DNA of 64,000 nt from a virus: positions 1-64,000 of IMG/VR virus record IMGVR_UViG_3300046459_000436, one strand, 5' to 3'. Position 1 is the stretch's first letter. Each line of letters opens with the position of its first letter. Below are positions 56,597-64,000 of the stretch, piece by piece. The notes below the pieces were generated by a model that saw only the letters and a list, made by a program, of their open reading frames with translations, did not search any database and was not told the origin of the DNA. Both the position numbers and the translations under genes were made by a program.

Positions 56597-56809
56597 ATGA
56601 CTACGAAAGGCACCCCGGGAAGAGTCGTCCGCATCGAGGACGATCTTTGGGATGACTTCGAACAGGTCTGCAAGGCGAAGGGTCTCGCCCGCGCCACGGA
56701 CATCCGCATGTACGTCGTGCGTGAGGTCACCGCCTGGCGCGAGAAGCAGGACCGCCAGGCCGCCATCAAGCGCCGGCTCGCGAAGACCGCCGAAGCCCCC
56801 GACGCCTGA
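56597..56809 (+). CDS. Ribbon-helix-helix regulator (leaderless)
   Basis: RVVRIEDDLWDDF..RATDIRMYV; TACAGT 6 nt before ATG; GGTGA repeats upstream. Confidence 0.8.
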   Translation: MTTKGTPGRVVRIEDDLWDDFEQVCKAKGLARATDIRMYVVREVTAWREKQDRQAAIKRRLAKTAEAPDA

Positions 56810-56862
56810 CCCCCGCTCCCCCTTCGCCCCGCCCCCGCGGCGGGGCGTCCCCATGCCCGCGT

Positions 56863-57141
56863 TCACCGCGCACCGTCCTCGTCGCCCGAGGCCCCGGCTA
56901 TGGCGGCCCGTTCGGCCGCGCTCTTCCCGCCGAGGACTCCGGCTCTCCCGTTGGCGCCGGCGGTGCCTTCCTGCTCCAGTGCCCAGGTGAGGCAGCGCGC
57001 TTCGATCGGGCACCGGCCGCAGACGGTCTTCGCTGCGACAGCACGGGTGGCCCACGACATGCCCGGTACGCGCTTGTCGCCGAACAGCGGCATGTTGTCG
57101 GGGATGAGGCACAGGCCGGCGGCCTGCCAGTCGGCGGTCAT
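56863..57141 (-). CDS. WhiB-family protein
   Basis: W..AGLC..AKTVCGRCPIEARCL..GVLGG. Confidence 0.85.
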   Translation of the reverse strand: MTADWQAAGLCLIPDNMPLFGDKRVPGMSWATRAVAAKTVCGRCPIEARCLTWALEQEGTAGANGRAGVLGGKSAAERAAIAGASGDEDGAR

Positions 57142-57413
57142 GCGGCACCTGCTGTCTGCTGCCGACGTTCGCGGCCGATGCGGTACCGCTGGTGTCGGTC
57201 GAGTCCGCCGTATACGCCGGCGCGGTATGCGGGGGTGCTGTCGCCTTCGCGTTCGAGGGCGTAGGCCAGGCATTCGGGCCGGACCCTGCAGTGCGCGCAG
57301 ACGGCCTTCGCCTCGCGGGTCTGGGTCAGGGCGACGTAGCCGACACCGTCGGGAAACATGACTTCCGGCCCGACGGTGACGCAGCGGGCGTCGAGCGTCC
57401 AGGCGGGGATCAT
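57138..57413 (-). CDS. WhiB-family protein
   Basis: W..DARC..FP..AKAVCAHCRVRPECL..GVYGG. Confidence 0.9.
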   Translation of the reverse strand: MIPAWTLDARCVTVGPEVMFPDGVGYVALTQTREAKAVCAHCRVRPECLAYALEREGDSTPAYRAGVYGGLDRHQRYRIGRERRQQTAGAA

Positions 57414-58045
57414 GACGCCACCGCCTGCTTCTGGAGTTCTTTCTGCCGTGCACTGGTGGTGATGTCTTCGATGTGGGCGGGTTGGACGCACAGGTCATGG
57501 CCGCAGTGGGGGCGGGCTGATCCATGGGGGTCGTTGCCGGTGTGGAGTTGGTAGGCGATGCGGGCGGCGAGGTAGTTGCGGTTCCGGTAGCGGAACCGGG
57601 GGACGCCGCCAGTGGTGACGGAGCCGGTCCAGAGGAGGTGTCCGTCGTCGGCGGGCTGGGTGTAACTGGCCCACCGTTCTTCGATGAATTCCTGGGCTTT
57701 GGCGGGCTTGGCGTCGATGCGGCTGCCGTCGGGGTTGAAGTCGCGGTCGGGCCAGCCGTCCTTGTTCCAACGGAGGATGGTGCGGGCGTTGGCGCCGACG
57801 CGCTCGGCGACCAGCTTGTTGCGGCGGGCTATGTCGTCCTCGTAGGACAGGAGGGCGTAGAGGCGCCGCGCGGTCTCGTACTTCTCGGCCTCGTTGAGTT
57901 CGGCCGGCTCGCCGTTGAGGGCGCGTTCCATGGCCATGACGTCGTAGGGGCCGTCGTTGAGGGTTTCGGTGTCCCAGATGTAGAAGCGGGACCGGTGGCC
58001 CATCGGGTTGGAGCCGGCGAGGGGCTCCCAGTGGGCGGTGCTCAC
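57410..58045 (-). CDS. HTH plus degenerate HNH-like domain protein
   Basis: VAERVGANARTILRW; HLLWTG..ARIAY..CGHDLCVQPAH. Confidence 0.7.
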   Translation of the reverse strand: MSTAHWEPLAGSNPMGHRSRFYIWDTETLNDGPYDVMAMERALNGEPAELNEAEKYETARRLYALLSYEDDIARRNKLVAERVGANARTILRWNKDGWPDRDFNPDGSRIDAKPAKAQEFIEERWASYTQPADDGHLLWTGSVTTGGVPRFRYRNRNYLAARIAYQLHTGNDPHGSARPHCGHDLCVQPAHIEDITTSARQKELQKQAVAS

Positions 58046-59053
58046 CGCGGGTCCTCCTCGCCGATGTAGTCGTAGGCGGGCATCGCCCACAGCCGCTCGC
58101 ACAGGTCGAGCGCCTCGGCTGCGTCGATGTGCGCGTAGAGGTCGGCCTGTGCCTCGAGGTCGACCGGCCATCCGTCCCCGCCGCCGGCGTTGTCTGCCCA
58201 CGGCGCCCCGTTCTCCTCGGCGTCGCTCGCGGTGGCTTCGGTCCGCATGTCGCGCGGGTCACTGGTTCCGAGCCACACGCCGACCGCGAGACAGGCGGCG
58301 ACCAGGGCGGTGAGGTGCCAGGGGCTGGAGCAGAACCAGGCGAGGAAGCAGACGGCGGCCCAGACGTAGTCGCTCATGCCGCCCTCCGCTCGGCCGCGCG
58401 GCCCGCACGCCGGTCAGTAAGGAACTTGCGTCCGGCGCCGGTCAGCCGGTAGATGCCGACCTTCTTGCCGTGGGCCTTCGGGTTGACGGAGGGGACTTCG
58501 CCGACGGGGCGGAGGATGAGCGGGCTTTCAAGCTCGATGAGACTGCGGAAGTACAGGCCGGCCCGCTTGCAGGCGTCCTCGGGGAGGACGGTCCGCAGGT
58601 CGTTCATGCCGAAGGGCTGGCCGTCGGAGGCGATGGCGAGGACGGCCTGGTCGAGGAGCGCGGTGTCCCAGTCGGTGACGGTCTTGTAGAGGGAGGCGAG
58701 GGTGGCGTTGGCTTCGGCGCGGGCCTGCTCGGGCGTGATGGTCATGACGTGGCCCCCTCGTCGACAAGCTCGGCGTCCTGACCGACTGCGATCTCGGCGA
58801 TCTCGTCATCGGTCATCAGGTAGGCGGGGATGCGGCCGTTGATGAGGGCGTGTCGGATGTCGTTGCCGGCCTGCCGGGTCTGCATGGCCCGGGCTCGGCC
58901 GACGTCGGTGGTGGCCTGGTCGGCGATCTGCAGGTAGCGGTCGGAGAGGAGGCCGAGGGCGGTCTGCATCCGGACGGCCTCGTCGTGGATCGGGTCGTGG
59001 CTGGGTCCGTCGTGGGCGAGGGCTACGAGCAGTCGGCGGAGGAAGGTGCGCAT
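58042..59053 (-). other. Three coupled hypothetical genes (58042-58377 membrane, 58374-58745, 58742-59053)
   Basis: ATGA/GTGA overlaps. Confidence 0.65.
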
Positions 59054-59119
59054 GGGAGACTCCTGGTGGTCTGCCGTGGCCGCGCTGTTTCGGGCAGCGC
59101 GGCCACGGCGAAGCGGGGG

Positions 59120-59881
59120 TTACGGGGTGGGCGGTTCGGCGTCAGCCGGGACCGTGGCGGGGATCAGCGGCCAGAACTGGTTGACGTTCACGTCGGGGTT
59201 CAGCCGGCGCAGGTGCTCCTGGAACGGGCCAGCCCAGCGGGTGTGCCACTTGATCTGCCAGGCGTGCAGCTGGTGGGCGTCGACCTGCAGCTCGGGGTAC
59301 TTCTCGCCGATGCGCACGGCGACCTCGAGCGCAGCCTGCGCATCGGCGGCAGCGGTGTGGGCGTCGGTCAGTTCGACGCCGTAGTGGGCGCAGAGCGCCT
59401 CGAGCCGCCGCTTGCCCTTGCGGTACTTGTCGGCCGCGCGGTCCAGAACGAGCGGGTCAACGATCGGCGCGACCGGTCCCCCGTTCCGGTCGGCCAGTGT
59501 CGGCAGACCGTGACGGGTGCATTCGCGGTCGAGGATGCTCAAATCGAACGGCGCATTCATGATCACGATCGAGGCGCGGGAGGCGAGTTCGTCGGCCAGG
59601 GCCTCGGCGATCTCGTCGATGACCAGCGCGGCGGGCTGCCCGTGCGCCCTGGCGTGCTCTGTCGTGATGCCGTGCACGTTGCTCGCCTCGACGGGGATGT
59701 CGACCTGCGGGTCGGCCAGCCACAGGCGCGGCTCCCGACCGGGCACCACCAGGGCGGCGCTGACGATGCGCGCCTCGTCGACATCCGTCCCCGTGGTCTC
59801 CGTGTCGAAGCCAGCGAGGTAGCCGAGGTGCCACGGGGCGCCGAGTACGCCGCCCTGCTCGGGCTGCACGAAGGCGGTCAT
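59120..59881 (-). CDS. DnaQ-like DEDDh 3'-5' exonuclease
   Basis: FDTETTG, NAPFD, AHTAAADA. Confidence 0.92.
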   Translation of the reverse strand: MTAFVQPEQGGVLGAPWHLGYLAGFDTETTGTDVDEARIVSAALVVPGREPRLWLADPQVDIPVEASNVHGITTEHARAHGQPAALVIDEIAEALADELASRASIVIMNAPFDLSILDRECTRHGLPTLADRNGGPVAPIVDPLVLDRAADKYRKGKRRLEALCAHYGVELTDAHTAAADAQAALEVAVRIGEKYPELQVDAHQLHAWQIKWHTRWAGPFQEHLRRLNPDVNVNQFWPLIPATVPADAEPPTP

Positions 59882-60408
59882 GATGCGGCCTCCGTGACGG
59901 GCGCCGGTGCGATCTGCGGCAACTCGAGGTGGGCGAGCTTCCCGTCACGCCAGGCGGCGGCGATGGCCTCGCGGCCGTCCTTCGTGGGCCGCACCGAGTG
60001 GGTGAGGCTGCGGGTCGCGCGGACCTCGACGCCGGGCACGTCCTCGACGACGCCCGTCTCCTTGTCGGCCACGACGGCGACGCCGGCCGCGGTCATCTCC
60101 GCCAGCAGCGCGGTGGTGTAGGCGGGGCGGACTTCGGTGACGACGCGGGAGGTGACGTTGTGCGGCGAGTAGGTGCGGACGAACTCGAGGAACGCCTTGT
60201 CGTCGGTGACGACCGCGGCGGGCTTCGGGTCGGAGCGGGAGATCGTAGCGACCTTCGTGCCGTCGGGAAGGGCGGCTTCCACGCTCTTGGCGCCGGTGGT
60301 GATGAGGGCTTCCTGCATGCTGGCCTTCACCTCCTTCAGGCGATCGAGTACGGCGTCGGCGAGGGTCTTGAGGGCGGCCTCTTCGAGGGCGAGCTGGCTC
60401 AGGTCCAT
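59878..60408 (-). CDS. Conserved actinophage hypothetical protein (recombination module)
   Basis: N-terminal coiled coil; ETGVVEDVPGV. Confidence 0.7.
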   Translation of the reverse strand: MDLSQLALEEAALKTLADAVLDRLKEVKASMQEALITTGAKSVEAALPDGTKVATISRSDPKPAAVVTDDKAFLEFVRTYSPHNVTSRVVTEVRPAYTTALLAEMTAAGVAVVADKETGVVEDVPGVEVRATRSLTHSVRPTKDGREAIAAAWRDGKLAHLELPQIAPAPVTEAAS

Positions 60409-60476
60409 GGGCTGTGTTCTCCTGTTGGGTGGCCGCCCCCGATATCCGCGGGGGCGGCCGTTGTGCGTGCGGGGGG

Positions 60477-61565
60477 TTAGGCAGCGGTGCCGCGGAGTTC
60501 GGTGAGGAAGCCGCGGATCTGGGCGGCGGTGGCCTCGGACAGGGGCAGGCCCTTGGCGCCCTCGAAGTCGGCGGCGATGCCCGGCAGTCCGGAGGCGTCG
60601 GCCCAGGCGCGCAGTTCGCGCTCGGCGGCCTGCGCGTCCGACTCGGGGTTGTCCGTCACAATCTCGGCGTCCACCGCGTCATCGCTCTGCTCGGCGGCGG
60701 CCTTCTGCTTGCCGACGTCGGCGATCTGCGCCAGGTACTCCGGCACCGCGCCCTCACCCTTGGCGTCCTGCCAGATGAGCCGCACCGTGGCGGCGTCCGG
60801 CGCGGCGAGCGCCTCGTGCAGGTAGTCGCGGCCTGCGGGGGTCAGCGATTCCGGCGGTACGTCCGCCGTGCCCGCCTGCACGGTCGCCGCGGGCGTGGCC
60901 CACTGGTCCGCCTGTCCGGCCGGGACCGAGCGGAGCTGCTGGACTTCCGCTTCCATCGGCAGACCCTCGGCGTCCACCCGGGCGCCCAACTCCTCGGGCG
61001 TGTAGATCGCGCCGTGCAGCACCTCGGGGCAGGCGGAGCGCACGCACTCGGAGATTGCGCGCGCCCGCAGCATCGCCCGCGGGTACTTCTCCCAACTCTG
61101 CTTCTCGCCCTTGCTGCTACGGGAGTAGGGACGGTTGTCGCGGATCTCGCACAGCCCGGCGGTGACGGCGTCGTCGAGGGTCCACTCGATGCGGTTCTCG
61201 AAGTCGGGGTCGTCGTTCCGCCAGATGCTTACCGCGCAGGACCCGTTGCCGGGGACGATGCGCACCTTGTGGCCGGCGGAGCGCGCCCGGGACAGCATCA
61301 GGTCGGCGGACTGCGAGGGCTTGCCCTTGATGACGTGGATGGTGGTGATGGTGGTGACGACGTCCAGGTTGAGGGCGCGGCCGTACTCGAGGGCCCACAG
61401 CACGGAGGCGGGCTGGCGGCGGTAGGCGTCGGGCAGGAGCGGCGTGTCGGCGAGGGCCTCGCAGAACAGCCACGCGTCGTGCGGGGTCATGTTGGCGAGG
61501 GAGAGGGCGCCTGCGCCACGGGGGGCGGGGGCTGTCGGCTGGCGGGTGGCGATTTCGGTGCTCAC
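60477..61565 (-). CDS. RecT-like single-strand annealing protein
   Basis: LLPDAYR.QP, IHVIKGKP, WEKYPRAMLRARA..CPEVLHG. Confidence 0.8.
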   Translation of the reverse strand: MSTEIATRQPTAPAPRGAGALSLANMTPHDAWLFCEALADTPLLPDAYRRQPASVLWALEYGRALNLDVVTTITTIHVIKGKPSQSADLMLSRARSAGHKVRIVPGNGSCAVSIWRNDDPDFENRIEWTLDDAVTAGLCEIRDNRPYSRSSKGEKQSWEKYPRAMLRARAISECVRSACPEVLHGAIYTPEELGARVDAEGLPMEAEVQQLRSVPAGQADQWATPAATVQAGTADVPPESLTPAGRDYLHEALAAPDAATVRLIWQDAKGEGAVPEYLAQIADVGKQKAAAEQSDDAVDAEIVTDNPESDAQAAERELRAWADASGLPGIAADFEGAKGLPLSEATAAQIRGFLTELRGTAA

Positions 61566-61756
61566 GGTGTCTCCGGTGGTTGATGTTCGGGTGATGCGGG
61601 TGGTGCGGTGGATGTGGCGTTGGCGATTGGGGCGGCCCACGCCCGTCAGGGGGTTGGGCGTGGGCCGCCTGTGGCCCGGAACCGTTGGGGGGAGGTCGGT
61701 CCGGGCCGTTGGCGCCGTCTACTGGCGGGGGAGCCAGGAGGCGCCGGTCGGGGTGG

Positions 61757-61930
61757 TCAGAGGTGGTCGTCGATCACGTCGGCGGCGAACTCGATGGCGG
61801 GCGGTCCGACCCACACGACGAGGGCTCCGGCGATCCCTGCGACGGCCGTCCACAGTCCGCTGTGGCTGAGGCCCCAGGTGATCCCCGATGCGGCGGCGGC
61901 GAGCCCGAGACCGGCGAGGAAGCGGGTCAC
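61757..61930 (-). CDS. Small two-TM protein coupled to the vWA gene
   Basis: VTRFLAGLGLAAA..; GTGA overlap; not in ORF track. Confidence 0.6.
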   Translation of the reverse strand: MTRFLAGLGLAAAASGITWGLSHSGLWTAVAGIAGALVVWVGPPAIEFAADVIDDHL

Positions 61931-62673
61931 CGGACGATCCCGGCGGCGGTGGCAGCTGCCAGCCAGCCGGCGTACTCGTGGGTAAGCCCGTCGTACAGGT
62001 CGGCGTCGCGGATACCGCGCGGGTTCGTACCGGCACCGAAGAACGAGGCGTTGTCGACGGCCCGGCCGCGCAGGTCGTCGAGCTTCTCCAGGAAGCTGAC
62101 CCGCCCGCCGAAGCCGACGAACGCCCAGTGGATCGGCAGGTTGGATGCCTCGCGGAGGAGACGCTCGACGGCGCCCCGGTCGTCGGGTTCGCCGTCGGTC
62201 TGGAAGATGACGAACGCCGGGGCGGTGGCGCCGGAGGCCTGGTGCTCGTCGATGACGTTGCGCATCGCGGCGACGTAGTTGGTGGTGCCCCAGCGGACCG
62301 CGCTGTGGGTGCGGTCGATGACGCCCTGGTAGTTGTCGAGGCGCACGTCGAGCATGGCTTCGGCGGTGGAGTGGAAGTAGCCGACGGGCACCACGCCGTC
62401 GTCGTCGAGGTTGACGGACAGTCCGAGGGCCTGCTCGGCGAGGTGCTGGACGGAGCCGTCGCGGTAGTACGGGCGCATGCTGCCGGAGTGGTCGAGGACC
62501 AGGTACACGGCGGCGCGCTGCCCGGTGAGGCCCTTCTTCTCCAGTGAGATGGCGGCGGTCTTGGCGAGCGACACGAGGCCGGGTGCGGTCTGCTGGACCT
62601 TCTCCAGGCTGATCGCGGGGCCGGTGCCGGTCGGGGCCGACGGGGTGGCGGTGGGGCGGCGGAACAGACTCAC
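61927..62673 (-). CDS. vWA domain protein (TerF-associated type)
   Basis: MIDAS motif LVLDHSGSM, NLDDDG, WGTTNY, FQTDG, FLEKLD, VDNASF. Confidence 0.88.
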   Translation of the reverse strand: MSLFRRPTATPSAPTGTGPAISLEKVQQTAPGLVSLAKTAAISLEKKGLTGQRAAVYLVLDHSGSMRPYYRDGSVQHLAEQALGLSVNLDDDGVVPVGYFHSTAEAMLDVRLDNYQGVIDRTHSAVRWGTTNYVAAMRNVIDEHQASGATAPAFVIFQTDGEPDDRGAVERLLREASNLPIHWAFVGFGGRVSFLEKLDDLRGRAVDNASFFGAGTNPRGIRDADLYDGLTHEYAGWLAAATAAGIVR

Positions 62674-62744
62674 GGGGAACTCCTGTTTGATGTCAGTGGT
62701 GTCGCGCCCGGATTCCGCCCGGGCGCGGCGCTTCGGGTGGTGGG

Positions 62745-63263
62745 TCAGGTGGCGGCGGCCCGTGGTCCGCCGGAGACGGTGACCTTGTTGGCCTCGTCGA
62801 GCAGCCGCGACAGGACTCGCGCGGTGGCGGGGAAGCGCTGCTCGGGCGTCGGGTCGCCGAGTTCGACGGCCAGGACCGCCGGCCCGACGGGGGCCTTGGC
62901 GAGCGGCGAGTCCTGCAGTGGCGTGGGTTGCCACTTCTCGCGCCGCTGGTCGAGGTAGTCGTCGGGGAATTCGTCGCCGACGTGCTGCACCCCTCGCGGC
63001 ACCGTTGCCTGGTCCTCGATGGCGCTGGTATCGCGGACGCCGATCTGCGTGGACACGGCGGTGGCGTACTTCTCGTTCGCGTCAAGCGCCCGTGCAAGCT
63101 GGGTCTGCAGCTCGTTGACTTCGACGACGGCGTTCCCGAGTTCGCTGGCGGTGTGTCGCAGCCGGTTCCGGAGGCGCCGGCACTCTTCGCGGGCGGCGTC
63201 CCGGTCGTGGCGGAGGTGTCGTTTGGTGTAGCGGTGTGCGCCCGCTCCGGTGAAGGGCCTCAT
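62745..63263 (-). CDS. Coiled-coil hypothetical protein
   Basis: ATGA-coupled. Confidence 0.6.
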   Translation of the reverse strand: MRPFTGAGAHRYTKRHLRHDRDAAREECRRLRNRLRHTASELGNAVVEVNELQTQLARALDANEKYATAVSTQIGVRDTSAIEDQATVPRGVQHVGDEFPDDYLDQRREKWQPTPLQDSPLAKAPVGPAVLAVELGDPTPEQRFPATARVLSRLLDEANKVTVSGGPRAAAT

Positions 63264-63640
63264 ACCGCCACCTCCGGCGCCTCGACGCTGGCCGGGCGGA
63301 GGCTCGCGGCGGTCTCCCGCATCGCCGCGATGACCTCCTCGACCGTGCGTCCGTCGGCGTCGTTGAAGGCAAAGGCGTTCCACCCGAGGTGCTCGTGGAG
63401 GGCCACCAGCGCGAAGTCGACGACGGCGAGATCGTCGGCGTCCCCGCCGAAGCGCGGCTCGCCGAGTACGACCGCCTTGAGCGCGCCGTAGATGTCGGTG
63501 CGGCACTCGGCCAGCAGTGCGCCTGCGGCGAGTTGCTTGCCGTCGTACATGGCGCCCTGAATCCACCCCCACTCGGCGAGGTGGTCGGCGGCCTTGTCGA
63601 GGACATCGGCCTGCGCGGCGGGGGTGGGGAAGGTGGTCAC
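63260..63640 (-). CDS. DUF6197-like protein
   Basis: VLDKAAD..GWIQG..FND..GRT.EEV. Confidence 0.7.
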   Translation of the reverse strand: MTTFPTPAAQADVLDKAADHLAEWGWIQGAMYDGKQLAAGALLAECRTDIYGALKAVVLGEPRFGGDADDLAVVDFALVALHEHLGWNAFAFNDADGRTVEEVIAAMRETAASLRPASVEAPEVAV

Positions 63641-63897
63641 AGCGATCGACCTCGGTTCGTCTGGTGCGGGATCTGGGAGACGTGGCGGGCGATGCGCGCC
63701 CCGCCGGCCTTCGGGTTGTCGACGGCGGGGAGCGCGTTGTACGGCTCGGGCTCCGGCGGCGCCATCCCGGCGGGCCCGGTGGGCTTCGCGCCGGTGATGA
63801 CGTTCAGGCCGGGGACGCGGGAGGCGCAGATGAGGACTGCGCAGCCGACCACGATCACGACCAGGGCGGAGAGGAAGAGGATCGTGGAGGTGCTCAC
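63637..63897 (-). CDS. Small membrane-anchored protein
   Basis: N-terminal TM helix. Confidence 0.55.
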   Translation of the reverse strand: MSTSTILFLSALVVIVVGCAVLICASRVPGLNVITGAKPTGPAGMAPPEPEPYNALPAVDNPKAGGARIARHVSQIPHQTNRGRSL

Positions 63898-64000
63898 GCG
63901 GCACTCCCCGTCTCGGCGTCGAGCGTTGCCTGAGTCGTGTCGCCCTTGATGTGCGGGCATCGCTTCGCGAGGTCGATGTCGGCCCGGTAGCGGTCCCAGC
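63894..64000 (-). CDS. 3' end of a gene entering from outside the window
   Basis: ...WDRYRADIDLAKRCPHIKG..GSAA*, GTGA-coupled to next gene. Confidence 0.5.
   Translation of the reverse strand, partial: WDRYRADIDLAKRCPHIKGDTTQATLDAETGSAA

Noticed and set aside
1-64000. tRNA, rRNA, reverse transcriptase/DGR, intein or intron
   Set aside because: No cloverleaf, YxDD RT motif, TR/VR pair or intein termini recognised by eye

Overview
High-GC DNA, almost certainly from an actinomycete (Streptomyces-like). The window covers most of a long-tailed (siphovirus-like) temperate phage or prophage, with nearly all genes on the minus strand. Read right to left (direction of transcription): (1) early/recombination/replication region at ~64.0-51.5 kb: vWA protein, RecT-like SSAP, DnaQ-like exonuclease, two WhiB, an initiator with internal iterons, DnaB-like helicase, C5 methyltransferase; (2) many small accessory genes ending in a hyaluronan-synthase/NodC-like GT2 (~51.4-43.5 kb); (3) a plus-strand island with a UTRA-only protein, a GntR/KorSA-like repressor, a solo TnpB behind a RecA-NDp-like promoter and a Panacea (SocA) toxin-antitoxin pair (37.9-43.5 kb); (4) a Streptomyces plasmid/AICE-type conjugation/spread module (Xis-like HTH, Spd-like membrane proteins, TraB/FtsK, clt-like repeat locus) with no rep or integrase of its own (37.7-27.4 kb); (5) late regulators, virion genes, terminase, portal, MuF, protease, capsid, neck, tail, tape measure protein (TMP), tail tip, and a papain-like peptidase running off the left edge. 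No integrase, att site, tRNA, rRNA or CRISPR array was seen. Main leads: the phage-embedded TraB conjugation module; an apparent programmed -1 frameshift (G GGA AAA plus a long hairpin) inside the TerL Walker A motif; a small Zn-ribbon protein whose C-terminus copies the TMP C-terminus; and several divergent, leaderless autoregulator cassettes. All calls come from motif reading by eye; no database searches were run.
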